Counted from the first letter of the stretch, positions 1 to 10,253 are shown. The stretch: DNA of 64,000 nt from Nitrospirales bacterium (GCA_965223295.1 CBDCWC010000002.1:1696001-1760000); one strand, 5' to 3'. Notes: a model not told the origin generated them from the sequence alone. Translations and numbers: made by a program.

Positions 1-1704
1 GCGTAAGAAAATGGAGTATATCCAGGCTGCTCCATCGTGCATCACTGGAAACGGCTTGAGAGCCGTTGAGATACTGGAAATTAATTTTCGAATCGTCCTT
101 TCACCAAATCCCCCAATCCACGGGAAATATTTGCCATCTAACTCTTCTAGCGTATTGGCAAACGTCAACGCTGGAGCGCCATAGGAATAATATTGTGCCA
201 AAACAGACCAGTCATTCAGTTGAACCTTAGGGTTGCCATAGGCATGAATCATCGTGCCTCCTAGTTCCCACACAATACTCTGTCCGGAATTGATTCTTAC
301 CATTGCTTGTGGCGGGCTCTCGAATACCCTTGCCCAGCCATCCCCGTGAATCCTGCACTCATGCAAGGACTGGCCCTGATAGTCATACTCTCCCGCTGAG
401 ATCGAAGAAGTTTGTCTACGCTGTTGATAGAGATCAGAAACTGCACTCCAAAATTCTTGGGCAAAAGCCTGCCCTGAGAACCTGTCTTGTGCACGGGAAA
501 GGACGCGGGTACGCATGTCCCAATACATGTTAGGATTTTCTACCAATGCGCACACCCGCAAGGTCAATTGCTGGACAAGAGAATCGTCAAGATCAGGAGT
601 TCTACCGTAACGATCTATCGGGATACCGGTTACTTCATCGTTGTGCCAGACAGCCCTTCTAACGCCGTGGAGAACAATTCCGTCCTCATCGTCAATAACA
701 TACACAGAGGTACCCACCGTATCAGAAACTACAGGAACGGTTCCCAACAACATCGCTTCCATAATAGAGACCGAATGGAGAGAAGCACTCGGGAGCAAGA
801 AGAAATGAGCACTCGCCATTAACGCGTTCATCTCATGGCTAGCCAGATAATCCTGAGCCCAAATGATGCTTCGCCCGCTCTCAGCTTTGACTAGGGACAC
901 ATCCACCCCATACTCAAGTAACGCCTCATCACTGGGCTTTTCACAGCGAATCATCAGAAGCCCATCTCGACCACCTGTTACAAACTTCTTCCAGAAACGT
1001 AGAACTATATGCCCGCCTCGACGAAAGAAGTTTGTAGCATTCTGATTAGCAGAGTTTATGAACAGAAAACGCGGCCTCGACAATGACTTCTTTTCAGGGT
1101 ATTCGGACGCATGTAAAGCCTTTAGACTTAATCCAATTTTCGAAGGGAATAGTTTTTCAGCAATCAATGGATCGTTAAAAAACAGTCGGAACGTATGAAG
1201 CGTTTCGGGAATATGAGAAAAGATCCCAAGGCATAGCGGGTCAGCAAAAATACTTTGATAGTGTTCTCTGATTTCTTCTGTATCCTCCATGCTTCCGCTT
1301 CCCTGTTGAGCAAACGGAAATAGCACGGGTATAAAGGACTCGCAGTGTAAGACAAACGGACGTTTGAGTGAGGGAAACGGAGCTGTATGATGAAATTCAA
1401 TATTCCCTATTAGCTCTGTTGTCAAAACCTGATTAGGAGGCCAGAAATGCTCCATATACTTCGCGGCCACAGAGCCCCTAACAAATCGATCAGAACGATA
1501 TTCTTCTGCTTTACTCAACAAAGTCCTTCGTAAGGCTTCATCCCACTGAAATCGGCTATACAACTTGCCATTATCCCAAGCAGAGAGCGCGACTTTATCC
1601 GGAACATGATCATACAACGCTCGATAGAGCGGATGGAACCCATTTAAAGGAATATAATGGCTCAAGCTCCACGGAACAGCGACACTCAAAGTATCATGTA
1701 TCAT
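1..1704 (-). CDS. Glycosyltransferase with GT-B/GT4-like domain, 3'-truncated by the window edge (absent from ORF track)
   Basis: Manual translation from ATG at 1704 (MIHDTLSVAVPWSLSHY...), preceded by GGAAGG; open for the ~350 codons I read; contains GT4-type motif HFFLLPSASLHSVSIMEAMLLGTVPVVSD. Continuation to base 1 is inferred from its absence in the track. Confidence 0.8.
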   Translation of the reverse strand, partial: MIHDTLSVAVPWSLSHYIPLNGFHPLYRALYDHVPDKVALSAWDNGKLYSRFQWDEALRRTLLSKAEEYRSDRFVRGSVAAKYMEHFWPPNQVLTTELIGNIEFHHTAPFPSLKRPFVLHCESFIPVLFPFAQQGSGSMEDTEEIREHYQSIFADPLCLGIFSHIPETLHTFRLFFNDPLIAEKLFPSKIGLSLKALHASEYPEKKSLSRPRFLFINSANQNATNFFRRGGHIVLRFWKKFVTGGRDGLLMIRCEKPSDEALLEYGVDVSLVKAESGRSIIWAQDYLASHEMNALMASAHFFLLPSASLHSVSIMEAMLLGTVPVVSDTVGTSVYVIDDEDGIVLHGVRRAVWHNDEVTGIPIDRYGRTPDLDDSLVQQLTLRVCALVENPNMYWDMRTRVLSRAQDRFSGQAFAQEFWSAVSDLYQQRRQTSSISAGEYDYQGQSLHECRIHGDGWARVFESPPQAMVRINSGQSIVWELGGTMIHAYGNPKVQLNDWSVLAQYYSYGAPALTFANTLEELDGKYFPWIGGFGERTIRKLISSISTALKPFPVMHDGAAWIYSIFLR

Positions 1705-2197
1705 TTTACCTTCCTTCCCAACCGGGTAATCCACAGACCAAATCGAACAACCCAATTATCCTGTAAGCAGCCAAGCTCCCCCTCTAACTCCACGACCATC
1801 CGCTCCAGTCAAGCTCTGAGTATTTTCTTCAAATTCATGCATGGCTGTTTGGAACTGTTCATTCGCCTTGCGCTTGAAGTACGCCGACATTGTAGCCTAT
1901 GTGATTATGGTAAATGCCATGTTGATTGCATGTGAGGAAAGCGGCAGCCTTCTCCATGACCTCGTCAATGACACGATCATAGAGTTCCATCCATATTAGC
2001 TCGTACTGATCTTTGGGAACATTCTGTTGACACGGCCAATCCAAGGTGCTGAAAAGCTCACAACACCCCCAGCCTAATGGATTTAAAGATAGGCGCGGTG
2101 CTAGCGGCGAGACGTTTTTGTAAGCGGTGACGCCCCTATTTAGATTCATTCTGTGTGGAAAGGTTCTTCCATTTTCTGTATGCTGTATGAAGACACC
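1701..2197 (-). pseudogene. Mosaic gene relic: GT2-like N-terminal fragment plus frameshifted coiled-coil C-terminal fragment
   Basis: ORF 1859..2149 (DWPCQQNVPKDQYELIWMELY...GYNVGVLQAQGE) resembles a GT-A N-terminus that stops before the DxD motif; downstream frames read ANEQFQTAMHEFEENTQSLT then ERMVVELEGEL...WITRLGRKVK*, whose TGA overlaps the next ATG. Confidence 0.5.
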
Positions 2198-3532
2198 CTA
2201 TTCCTCCTGTAAGGGGAGATCACGCTGTTCCATTTGCTGCTTAAGAGAATTCAGTTCGTCCTGTAGGGCCCGATTACGCTGGTCCGTCTTGAGGATGACG
2301 ATGGCAAGAATTTCGGCCTTGACATCAGCAATATCCTCTCCACTAACACAACTTCCATTCAATTTCATGTCCTCAATGGCAGACTCACCGAGGCTACTGA
2401 TATCCAAGGGGCCCATAGCCTGATCAAAGCCCCACCAAGTACCATTATGACGAAGAATGTTATATCCGCAAAAGCCTTCGACAACCAATTCCGTACTGAT
2501 GGCTTCCGATACGATCGGGGGTTGTCGCTGAATGGAATCCAGCAATAGCACCAACCCTTCTAATGAACTTTCCACAATATGATTCTGGAACCAACGCGTG
2601 TCGTCAATCGGATATGCCACAAATCCATCGCCAACCTGAAAAATTTCATAGCCACTGAAGATCCCATAGGGAATTTCGACTGCAGATTGTAGGTGCAAAG
2701 GAATTTTGAGATTAACAGGGTGGAAAGTAGGTTTACTCCATGTTTCACCTGAGCGTTCTACACACCACAATCCATGTTCGTGCCAGACATCATTGAACAT
2801 TTCCGCTATTGCATCAGTAACACCTGGATGATAACCGGCCCCTGATTTCGGATCGGTAACAAAATCCGCATCGTTTGCGAGGGCTGACCTATGCGTCTCT
2901 GGATCAACTTGAGATCTTTGTAACTCTAAGTCATCTCCACAAATCACTCCTCCACTTCTCACGAGCCGCTTCGCTTGCAAAAGATCATAAAGAACGTCAT
3001 TTTTTTTATGAGAGCCATCAATATACACCATGTCAAATGACTCACTAGCGAACAGTGGCAGTACTTGCCTCGAACCAGCCTTCATAACCTGGACCATCCC
3101 CTCCAATCCGCATACTCTGATGTTATGTTTAAACAGATCTTGAATCCTTCCTGTAATAGCCGCCGCATCCATAACCTTATAATGTAGGGAGGTGTCCTCT
3201 TCTCCGAAATATTTTTCCCACAGATCAACACAGACTATTTCACAAGAAGAAATACCAAGCTCTTGAATAGCAGATCCAACTGTTACTGCCGAAGCTCCAG
3301 CCCAAGCACCAACCTCTAATACTCGTACAGCCGCTTTACCGGCAAACGCAAACTTTACCAGCGCAGCCACCAATGCATAGCGAACAGGAGGGCTTTGAAA
3401 AGCAGAGAGCTCTTTTCCAAAATAGGGCCGATTTTCTTTCAAGGCGAAAGAAAGAGAGTATTGGGGGAGTATCGCTATTCGAGAGTTAGGGATCGACCTC
3501 TGCAAACCTAAATCCAAGATCCAGGATTCCAT
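2198..3532 (-). CDS. Class I SAM-dependent methyltransferase with C-terminal coiled coil (possible polysaccharide chain-capping enzyme); start uncertain
   Basis: VLEVGAWAG motif I, FDMVYIDGSH, GGVICGDD; helical tail RALQDELNSLKQQMEQ; immediately downstream of wzt. Confidence 0.75.
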   Translation of the reverse strand: MESWILDLGLQRSIPNSRIAILPQYSLSFALKENRPYFGKELSAFQSPPVRYALVAALVKFAFAGKAAVRVLEVGAWAGASAVTVGSAIQELGISSCEIVCVDLWEKYFGEEDTSLHYKVMDAAAITGRIQDLFKHNIRVCGLEGMVQVMKAGSRQVLPLFASESFDMVYIDGSHKKNDVLYDLLQAKRLVRSGGVICGDDLELQRSQVDPETHRSALANDADFVTDPKSGAGYHPGVTDAIAEMFNDVWHEHGLWCVERSGETWSKPTFHPVNLKIPLHLQSAVEIPYGIFSGYEIFQVGDGFVAYPIDDTRWFQNHIVESSLEGLVLLLDSIQRQPPIVSEAISTELVVEGFCGYNILRHNGTWWGFDQAMGPLDISSLGESAIEDMKLNGSCVSGEDIADVKAEILAIVILKTDQRNRALQDELNSLKQQMEQRDLPLQEE

Positions 3533-4838
3533 TAAAGCGCTTCTGCTCCATTTGAGTGATTACTAAGTGTATGATCGACCGGCGAACATCAATAACATGC
3601 CCGCCGGGTGAACCATCACACTCCGCAATACCAAGGTCAATAAAATAGTCGCCCGCATTGAGCGGAATGTTAAATTCGATTTGATAGATTCGCGTTTCAT
3701 CTTTTTCAGCTGGTTGTAATGCAGTCTTTGCAAGAAAAGTATTGCTCGCGGCAATCGTGACGCCATTGTCGGTCTTGAGATCGAAGCCAACAATTGGCTG
3801 CCTGATGTCCTCCGAAAAATGGACTTTAACAAAAATGCTGAGAACAGCCCCAGAAGGAACACTTGAAATGTCGGTGTGGCCATCCACGCTGACTAAATAA
3901 TCAAGAATCGTCGCACCCGTATTGATTGTTCGCAACTCATGAGGATTGTAGCCGAACCGTTGGTATGCCAACTCTGCCGTTCCATTTCCATCCACAGCAA
4001 AAAAACGGTCATGGCTTAACTCGTGATTTTCCTCATCATGGTTGATGGAATTCTGTGAGAGTTTCTCGTGTCCCGCGTTTCTTTTCAATTCCGACACCGA
4101 CTCCGAAAAAAGAATCCCGAGATATTTCTCAACCACCCTCTTGGGTTCGCCATCGGCCCTAAGCATACCATTTTCCAAAATAATCGCTCGGTTACACAAG
4201 CTCGTAATCGTATCAAGACTATGAGAGACAAACAGTATCGCCGCACCCGTCGCTCGAATCTTGTCAATCTGCAACAAGCATTTGCGTTGAAATTTGGCAT
4301 CACCGACCGCGAGTGCCTCATCAACAATTAATATGTCCGGATCCACATGAATAGCTGCACCAAATGCTACCCGCACAAACATTCCCGAGGAATAGGTTTT
4401 TACCGGCTGATCGAAAAATTTTCCGATGTCAGCAAATGCTTCAATTTCTGGAAGCCTGCGCAACATCTCCTTGCGAGAAAACCCCATGATTGCACCATTT
4501 AGAATTATATTATCCCGGCCCGTAAACTCTGGATTAAAGCCGGCACCAAGCTCCAAAAGGGTGGAAATACGGCCGTTGACGTAAACCTTACCTTGAGTGG
4601 CTTGCATAACAGAGCAAATGATTTGCAAAAGCGTCGATTTGCCTGAACCATTTCTCCCAAGGATACCTACGATCTCTCCCCGACGAACCTCAAAAGACAC
4701 ATTGCGTAATGCCCAGAATTCCTGATGATAGGGTTTTCGCAAAGGATGCATGGCCTCCCACACACGATCCTTTGCCGATGAGTACAGCTTAAATTTTTTC
4801 GACACATTCTGAACGGAGATTACAGTATCGGTATGCAT
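3486..4838 (-). CDS. wzt: Polysaccharide ABC exporter ATPase with C-terminal carbohydrate-binding extension
   Basis: GRNGSGKST Walker A, YSSGM signature, ILIVDE Walker B, long C-terminal extension. Confidence 0.93.
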   Translation of the reverse strand: MHTDTVISVQNVSKKFKLYSSAKDRVWEAMHPLRKPYHQEFWALRNVSFEVRRGEIVGILGRNGSGKSTLLQIICSVMQATQGKVYVNGRISTLLELGAGFNPEFTGRDNIILNGAIMGFSRKEMLRRLPEIEAFADIGKFFDQPVKTYSSGMFVRVAFGAAIHVDPDILIVDEALAVGDAKFQRKCLLQIDKIRATGAAILFVSHSLDTITSLCNRAIILENGMLRADGEPKRVVEKYLGILFSESVSELKRNAGHEKLSQNSINHDEENHELSHDRFFAVDGNGTAELAYQRFGYNPHELRTINTGATILDYLVSVDGHTDISSVPSGAVLSIFVKVHFSEDIRQPIVGFDLKTDNGVTIAASNTFLAKTALQPAEKDETRIYQIEFNIPLNAGDYFIDLGIAECDGSPGGHVIDVRRSIIHLVITQMEQKRFNGILDLGFRFAEVDP

Positions 4839-4847
4839 GGGGCTCAG

Positions 4848-5717
4848 CTACATGACATCCGCAAACTCAGGTTTAAGTCGACCGAAAACATATGCACCGA
4901 TTACGAAGGTGAAGGTCGCTACAGTCCAGAAATAAGTCGTATGCCACAGACTAGGCCAGGTAACCGTATCGAAGACGAGAAGACCGCGATAGCCTTCTAT
5001 GATGTAGTACATCGGGTTAAATAATAAAAGGTCACGATACTCCAGAGAAATAGTTTCAGACGGCCACACAATTGGAGTCGTCCAGAACAACAGATTCAAG
5101 GTAATCGAGAGGGCATGAGAGATGTCGCGATAAAATACCTGAAGCGCGGATAACATCCATCCCAACCCTAGAAGAAGGATACACGCACAGAAAAGAAAAT
5201 ACACAAACAAGAACCGATCAATGACATACGGGACACCCAGATAAGCCATCAAGCAAAACACGATGAACATGAAGATCAGATGTGGAAGCATTCCAGAAGT
5301 AAGATGAACCCACGGCAACACTTCTGATGGGAATATCGTTTTCTTGACTAAATAGGCATGACGAGTAACCGAATCAGTCATTGCCATGAGTGTCTCATTA
5401 AAGAAGAACCACGGCACAATTCCACAAACAAACCAAAGGATAAAGGGAGTACCGTTAGGCCCTTGAGCTCTGAAGCCAACTGCAAACACAAAATAGAATA
5501 TCGCGATGATTGCCAGTGGGTGTGCAAATGTCCAAAGCACCCCACCTAATGTTCCAGCAAAACGGCTTTGAAAATCACGCAGTGCCATAGCTCCAATCAT
5601 CTGCCAATGATGCACAAGAGCTTGGAATGGCTTTATCGCTACAGGTACTCCAGCTCCCGACAACTCTCGCCTCCTCAGCCGCTTGTGGTGGACCACCGCT
5701 TCATTGCTCACGTGCAA
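4848..5717 (-). CDS. wzm: Polysaccharide ABC exporter permease
   Basis: RDFQSRFAGTLGG..W, TPIVW, NPMYYIIEGYR, KPEFADVM; multi-TM; adjacent to wzt. Confidence 0.92.
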   Translation of the reverse strand: MHVSNEAVVHHKRLRRRELSGAGVPVAIKPFQALVHHWQMIGAMALRDFQSRFAGTLGGVLWTFAHPLAIIAIFYFVFAVGFRAQGPNGTPFILWFVCGIVPWFFFNETLMAMTDSVTRHAYLVKKTIFPSEVLPWVHLTSGMLPHLIFMFIVFCLMAYLGVPYVIDRFLFVYFLFCACILLLGLGWMLSALQVFYRDISHALSITLNLLFWTTPIVWPSETISLEYRDLLLFNPMYYIIEGYRGLLVFDTVTWPSLWHTTYFWTVATFTFVIGAYVFGRLKPEFADVM

Positions 5718-5987
5718 TCATCCATGCTGAGTGTTCAGTGAACATCCCACATACTCATGCTATCTCATCAACAAACTTCGAAAGACCACGTCATACTGGA
5801 CATTCCATGCATTGAAACAAGAGGCGCTCAAAAGCGGCCACAAAGTCTTGTCACTAGTGGTGATGGGTGATCTCGGAAGTAGCTACAAATTCATAAAAAT
5901 TTTTCAGCCAATCAATGTCTCCATTCTTCTCACAACCTCAAAACCCGCCTTACGACTTGCCATTTTTGGAATTGAAGCTCCCACTAC

Positions 5988-6716
5988 TCAAATTACTGAT
6001 ACGCTGCGGCTGTTTCCAGCACTCTTTCCTTCAATAAGTAGCGCGAGACTATGTGCAACACGATAACGATCGTCGTCGAGAGCTATGAACAACCACTCGT
6101 CTGAACGAGGATCTGTCTTTTTGGAGGTCTGATCTGAGGCAGATTTATTCAATGTATGATGCAAATGTTCGAAGATCAGATTGGGAAGATACACGATTCG
6201 ATCATGGCGCAACTTTCTGAGTTGCTTGAATATATCAAAAATATGTGACTCGATATGAAGATTCCAATAGCTCATAGGACAAATACCTCCCATGGCATCA
6301 CAGGCTTCACGTGAAAGAATAGGGAAGGTTGGCACATGTGATCCCTGATCCATATCATTCCCATAGACAAGCGCAATGTGATCAGAAAATTTTGAGAATG
6401 TCTTTAAAATTTCGGTATCCCATCCCTTTGTCTGGAAAATTGCATCGTCATTCACCAGCATGACATATTGACCCGAACTGGCTTCATAACATTGCTGATT
6501 CATTAACCCCATTGGCCGACGTGGGGAACCCACCACTTTCACCATCTGTAAGGGAGAGGGACAGGTGATAGCTTGACTGCTGGCATCATCCTTGTCGATA
6601 GTCAGCACGACTTCTACGAATTGGGGATCGTCAGAATTCTCGATGACGCTTTGCAAGAAATTAGCAACAAATGCTGGTCGGCCTCGAGTGGGGAGCAAGA
6701 GTGAGAGTTTGACCAT
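5988..6716 (-). CDS. Glycosyltransferase family 2
   Basis: LSLLLPTRGRP N-terminus, VMLVNDDAIF DxD-like motif. Confidence 0.8.
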   Translation of the reverse strand: MVKLSLLLPTRGRPAFVANFLQSVIENSDDPQFVEVVLTIDKDDASSQAITCPSPLQMVKVVGSPRRPMGLMNQQCYEASSGQYVMLVNDDAIFQTKGWDTEILKTFSKFSDHIALVYGNDMDQGSHVPTFPILSREACDAMGGICPMSYWNLHIESHIFDIFKQLRKLRHDRIVYLPNLIFEHLHHTLNKSASDQTSKKTDPRSDEWLFIALDDDRYRVAHSLALLIEGKSAGNSRSVSVI

Positions 6717-6812
6717 CTACGGTACATCGTCAACTGCGAACACCTGACTTGACGATCAGAAACGATTCCAATCAAAGCGATCTCTGCAGGACACAAGTTT
6801 TCTATGATTACG

Positions 6813-7751
6813 CTAGACGTTGCCGTATTGCGTATTTTTGATCATTGTATACCCCTTGATCAACTCTGCGATACCCATATCAAGAGAATGAACGGGCTTG
6901 TATCCCGTCGCTTCAATTTTTGCATTCGACACGATGTAGTTGCGTTGATCTGGATCATTCCCAACAGGTGCGTCGAGAACCGAAAATTCCGGAATGTACC
7001 GTTGAATATGCTCACATAACTCTCTCTTTGACACATTCGCATCCGACAGTCCGACATTATAAATTTGGCTATTCATGGTGTCGAAATGTTCGATCGCATG
7101 TAAAAACGCCCGCGCCACATCACGAATATGAATATAGTTTCGCTTAAAGTGACTCTCAAACAACACCACAAATCGATCATGGACAGCACGATACGTAAAA
7201 TCATTCACCAACAAATCAATCCGCATTCGCGGTGACATGCCAAACACCGTCGCCAACCTGAAACTGATAGCATTGGGATGCTGCATCAGCCCTTTTTCTA
7301 CTTCGACTTTTTCTCTGGCATAATTGGATACCGGCCTGAGCGATGACTCTTCGGTACAATAGTTATTTTCATCACCCGTTCCGTAGGCACTATTGGTTGT
7401 CGGCATCACAACTCTTTGTTGCTTCGACAGTAGCTTCAACATCAAGGTAATGGCATCATGATTTACAGTCTTCGCACCCACAGGATCCTGACTGCAGATG
7501 GGAGCCCCGACCAACGCCGCCAAGGGGATGACAATATCAGCGGTCTTAAGCAACGGGGCAATTACGCTCTCAACTCGGATATCACCCTTTACTACCCGGA
7601 AATTTGGGTTATGGCAAACATGATTAAGACTGGCTTGCTTGTACATAAAAGAATCGATCACTGTGACCTTATGCCCTAATTGCAGTAATTCTGGAACCAT
7701 CGTGGATCCAAGATATCCGGCTCCACCTGTCACAAGGATGTTATACGTCAT
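6813..7751 (-). CDS. NAD-dependent sugar-nucleotide epimerase/dehydratase (extended SDR)
   Basis: VTGGAGYLGS, YAREK (YxxxK). Confidence 0.88.
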   Translation of the reverse strand: MTYNILVTGGAGYLGSTMVPELLQLGHKVTVIDSFMYKQASLNHVCHNPNFRVVKGDIRVESVIAPLLKTADIVIPLAALVGAPICSQDPVGAKTVNHDAITLMLKLLSKQQRVVMPTTNSAYGTGDENNYCTEESSLRPVSNYAREKVEVEKGLMQHPNAISFRLATVFGMSPRMRIDLLVNDFTYRAVHDRFVVLFESHFKRNYIHIRDVARAFLHAIEHFDTMNSQIYNVGLSDANVSKRELCEHIQRYIPEFSVLDAPVGNDPDQRNYIVSNAKIEATGYKPVHSLDMGIAELIKGYTMIKNTQYGNV

Positions 7752-7778
7752 AAAAAAATCCCTATTGTTTTAAAAAAT

Positions 7779-8359
7779 CTACGGAGTACATATTGCCACT
7801 TCTACACATTCACAGAGCGTATGGGCGAGAACAATATGTAACTCCTGGATCGTACTCGTGGCCAGACCTGGCGCGACGATGCAATAGTCAGCCAGAGGTT
7901 GAACATCCCCACCATCACGCCCAGCAAAAACAACCGTTGCACTCATCGCTCGGCATGATTCGACCGCTCGCACGATGTTGGTGGATGTTCCAAATATGGT
8001 AATTCCGAGAAAGACGTCATTCGAGGTCAGTTTGCCTGTTAACTGTCGAGAAAAAACATGTTCAAACCCGTAGTCGTTCTCAATGGCAGTCAGAATGGAA
8101 CTATCGACGGTTAACACCTCAGCCGACAAGGGTGCGCGATCGCGTGCTAACTTACTCACGAATTCTGCGGCTAAATGCTGGGTATCAGCTACCGACCCCC
8201 TGTTTCCTGCAATATACAGACGCCCTCCGCTTTGATACCGATCAATGACGTAGTCACTGCCTGAGAAAAAATTGACAGGTTTTCGTTATCGTTTAGCAAT
8301 TGTCGTTTCGCTTCAATCGATGATTCGAGATTCCTCTGTAGCAATGCACGGGCTGCCAT
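7779..8359 (-). pseudogene. gmhA: Phosphoheptose isomerase, frameshifted and degenerate
   Basis: ATG 8359 (MAARALLQRNLESSIEAK...) shifts frame near 8255-8271 into DYVIDRYQSGGRLYIAGNRGSVADTQHLAAEF...IQELHIVLAHTLCE; conserved motifs are altered. Confidence 0.8.
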
Positions 8360-8362
8360 CGA

Positions 8363-9076
8363 CTATGTGCCTGTTTGTCCTAAAAGAGACTCAGCTCGAA
8401 AGTAGTCATCAGGTACACCGATATCAATGAAGGTGCCACCGAATTCGACTCCAAACAGACGACGGCCAGCACTCAGCATGGCGGGCAAAATATCGTTCTC
8501 GAGTGAACTAGATGTTCCCACGTTAAAACCTGCCTCCTCTAAAGCCTGAGGTCTCATCCAATAGGCTCCTCCATTCGACAAACGACCCAGTCCATGGGCA
8601 CTGGACTTCATAGATAGAATCAGTCCTTCTGGAGAAATATTCATCCTCATGTACCGACCACCTTCATTGCTACGAAACAGAGAAAAACACCCATCAGCAT
8701 GCTTGGATTCAGAAAAGGTTCTCAGGATCATCCAATCCGATTCGAAATACGTATCACCGTTCAACACAAGAAACGGAGCAGTTATACCTCCCTCCTTTAT
8801 GGCTAAAAGGAGACCTCCGCCTGTACCAAGTGGTATGTCTTCAATAACATATTGAAGTTCAGCACCATGATAACGATGTCCAAAATGATCGATAATGACT
8901 TCATGGCGATAGCCGACAGAGAGCACGAAGCGTTCAATCCCTTTGCCTATCCAATAGTCCAGTTGATGCTCGAGAAACGGACGCCCCGCAACAGATGCCA
9001 TTGGCTTTGGCACATCAGGAACTGTGCTTCGCAGTCTCGTCCCTAAACCACCAGCCAAAATCACTGCGCACGTCAT
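8363..9076 (-). CDS. hddC: D-glycero-D-manno-heptose 1-phosphate guanylyltransferase-like nucleotidyltransferase
   Basis: ILAGGLGTRL...PKPM, LGTGG, VLNGDT, FIDIGVPDDY; context with hddA and gmhA. Confidence 0.78.
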   Translation of the reverse strand: MTCAVILAGGLGTRLRSTVPDVPKPMASVAGRPFLEHQLDYWIGKGIERFVLSVGYRHEVIIDHFGHRYHGAELQYVIEDIPLGTGGGLLLAIKEGGITAPFLVLNGDTYFESDWMILRTFSESKHADGCFSLFRSNEGGRYMRMNISPEGLILSMKSSAHGLGRLSNGGAYWMRPQALEEAGFNVGTSSSLENDILPAMLSAGRRLFGVEFGGTFIDIGVPDDYFRAESLLGQTGT

Positions 9077-9083
9077 AAGAACA

Positions 9084-10253
9084 CTATGCCGAGTTCAAGA
9101 TGGCACACAGCTGATCGACTTCCTCATCCTTGAGATCAGGAAAATTGCCAATATAAAAACCATAAAAGTGGATATGCTCTGTTTCGGGGAAATCGGAATA
9201 GTGATCTGTGGGAACAATCCCCTTAAGATACGGCTGGCGGAGTTGATTGCCTCCGCCTGCGCTACCTCGTCTAAACTCTACACCGGACTCGCGCATCTTA
9301 TCCATAAGACGCTGAACCAATTTATCATCAGGCTTATCTAAAATCAGATTGAAAGCATAATTGCTCGACCCTTCGACCTTGAAATCTGTTCGATATTTTG
9401 TTTGATCTAGTAATGATAAAAACCGTTTTAGATTCTCTGTCCTACGAATATTGTTGCGGTCCAATCGCTTGAGTTGACTGCGGCCCAAAATCCCTCCAAT
9501 CTCCGTGTTTCGCAAATTATATGCCGGAAAGGCAAAGATAAAATCTGCATTTAACTTGGGGTTTTGAGAGCAATAGGAAATCTGCACCGCAGGATCATCA
9601 ACTTCACGCACCATACCATGAGAGCGCAACATGCGGGCTTGTTGATACACATCAGGATCATTTGTACAAAGCATCCCACCTTCGATCGTACTCATATGGT
9701 GGGCATAGTAAAAAGAGAAATTCGAAATCCATCCAAAACTACCCAATTTTTGACCATTATGTGTCGCGCCATGCGATTCACACACATCTTCGATCAAGGG
9801 AATGTTCCTGGACTCCAATTCTCTCAGCAATGTATCCGTGAGACCATCAAATCCTTGAGCATACGTGAGGAAGACAGCTTTCGTTCGAGGGGTAATCTTC
9901 TCGAGAACCTTCGATGTATCCATAGAAAGCGTACGGGGATCAATATCCGCAAACACTGGCTGAAATCCGTTTTGTAGGACGGAAGAAATATCCGAAACCC
10001 AGGTCAATGGAGGCACAATCACTTCTCCACCTTCCGGATGATGGATCTTCAGTATCGCCAGCGCCAGAAGATTGGTCGACGCTCCTGAATTGACCAAGAC
10101 ACTGTGCCTCACTCCCAGCCAGCTCGACCACTCAGCTTCAAACGCCCGCACATTACCCCCGTGCGTCAACTTAGGGTCGTCCTGTTGTAGATGAGTGATG
10201 ACCGCATCAAGGTCCTCACGCAAAATGTTCTGACGCATCAACGGAAACTTCAT
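9084..10253 (-). CDS. DegT/DnrJ-family PLP enzyme of ColD type (NDP-4-keto-6-deoxysugar 3-dehydratase-like)
   Basis: EDVCESHGA; SFYYAHHMSTIEGG has His in place of the Schiff-base Lys; no E1-type Cys cluster after HG. Confidence 0.75.
   Translation of the reverse strand: MKFPLMRQNILREDLDAVITHLQQDDPKLTHGGNVRAFEAEWSSWLGVRHSVLVNSGASTNLLALAILKIHHPEGGEVIVPPLTWVSDISSVLQNGFQPVFADIDPRTLSMDTSKVLEKITPRTKAVFLTYAQGFDGLTDTLLRELESRNIPLIEDVCESHGATHNGQKLGSFGWISNFSFYYAHHMSTIEGGMLCTNDPDVYQQARMLRSHGMVREVDDPAVQISYCSQNPKLNADFIFAFPAYNLRNTEIGGILGRSQLKRLDRNNIRRTENLKRFLSLLDQTKYRTDFKVEGSSNYAFNLILDKPDDKLVQRLMDKMRESGVEFRRGSAGGGNQLRQPYLKGIVPTDHYSDFPETEHIHFYGFYIGNFPDLKDEEVDQLCAILNSA

Noticed and set aside
297-1935. Short ORFs in the track (297..494, 303..533, 487..822, 863..1045, 1164..1400, 1657..1935)
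   Set aside because: Shadows of the long minus-strand GT4-like frame
2198-2200. In-frame TAG read-through (pyrrolysine) fusing the methyltransferase and GT2 fragment
   Set aside because: No pyl genes in the window and the downstream fragment is itself degenerate and truncated; decay is the simpler explanation
5718-5987. Possible gene remnant between GT2 and wzm
   Set aside because: Stop-ridden with no recognisable motif
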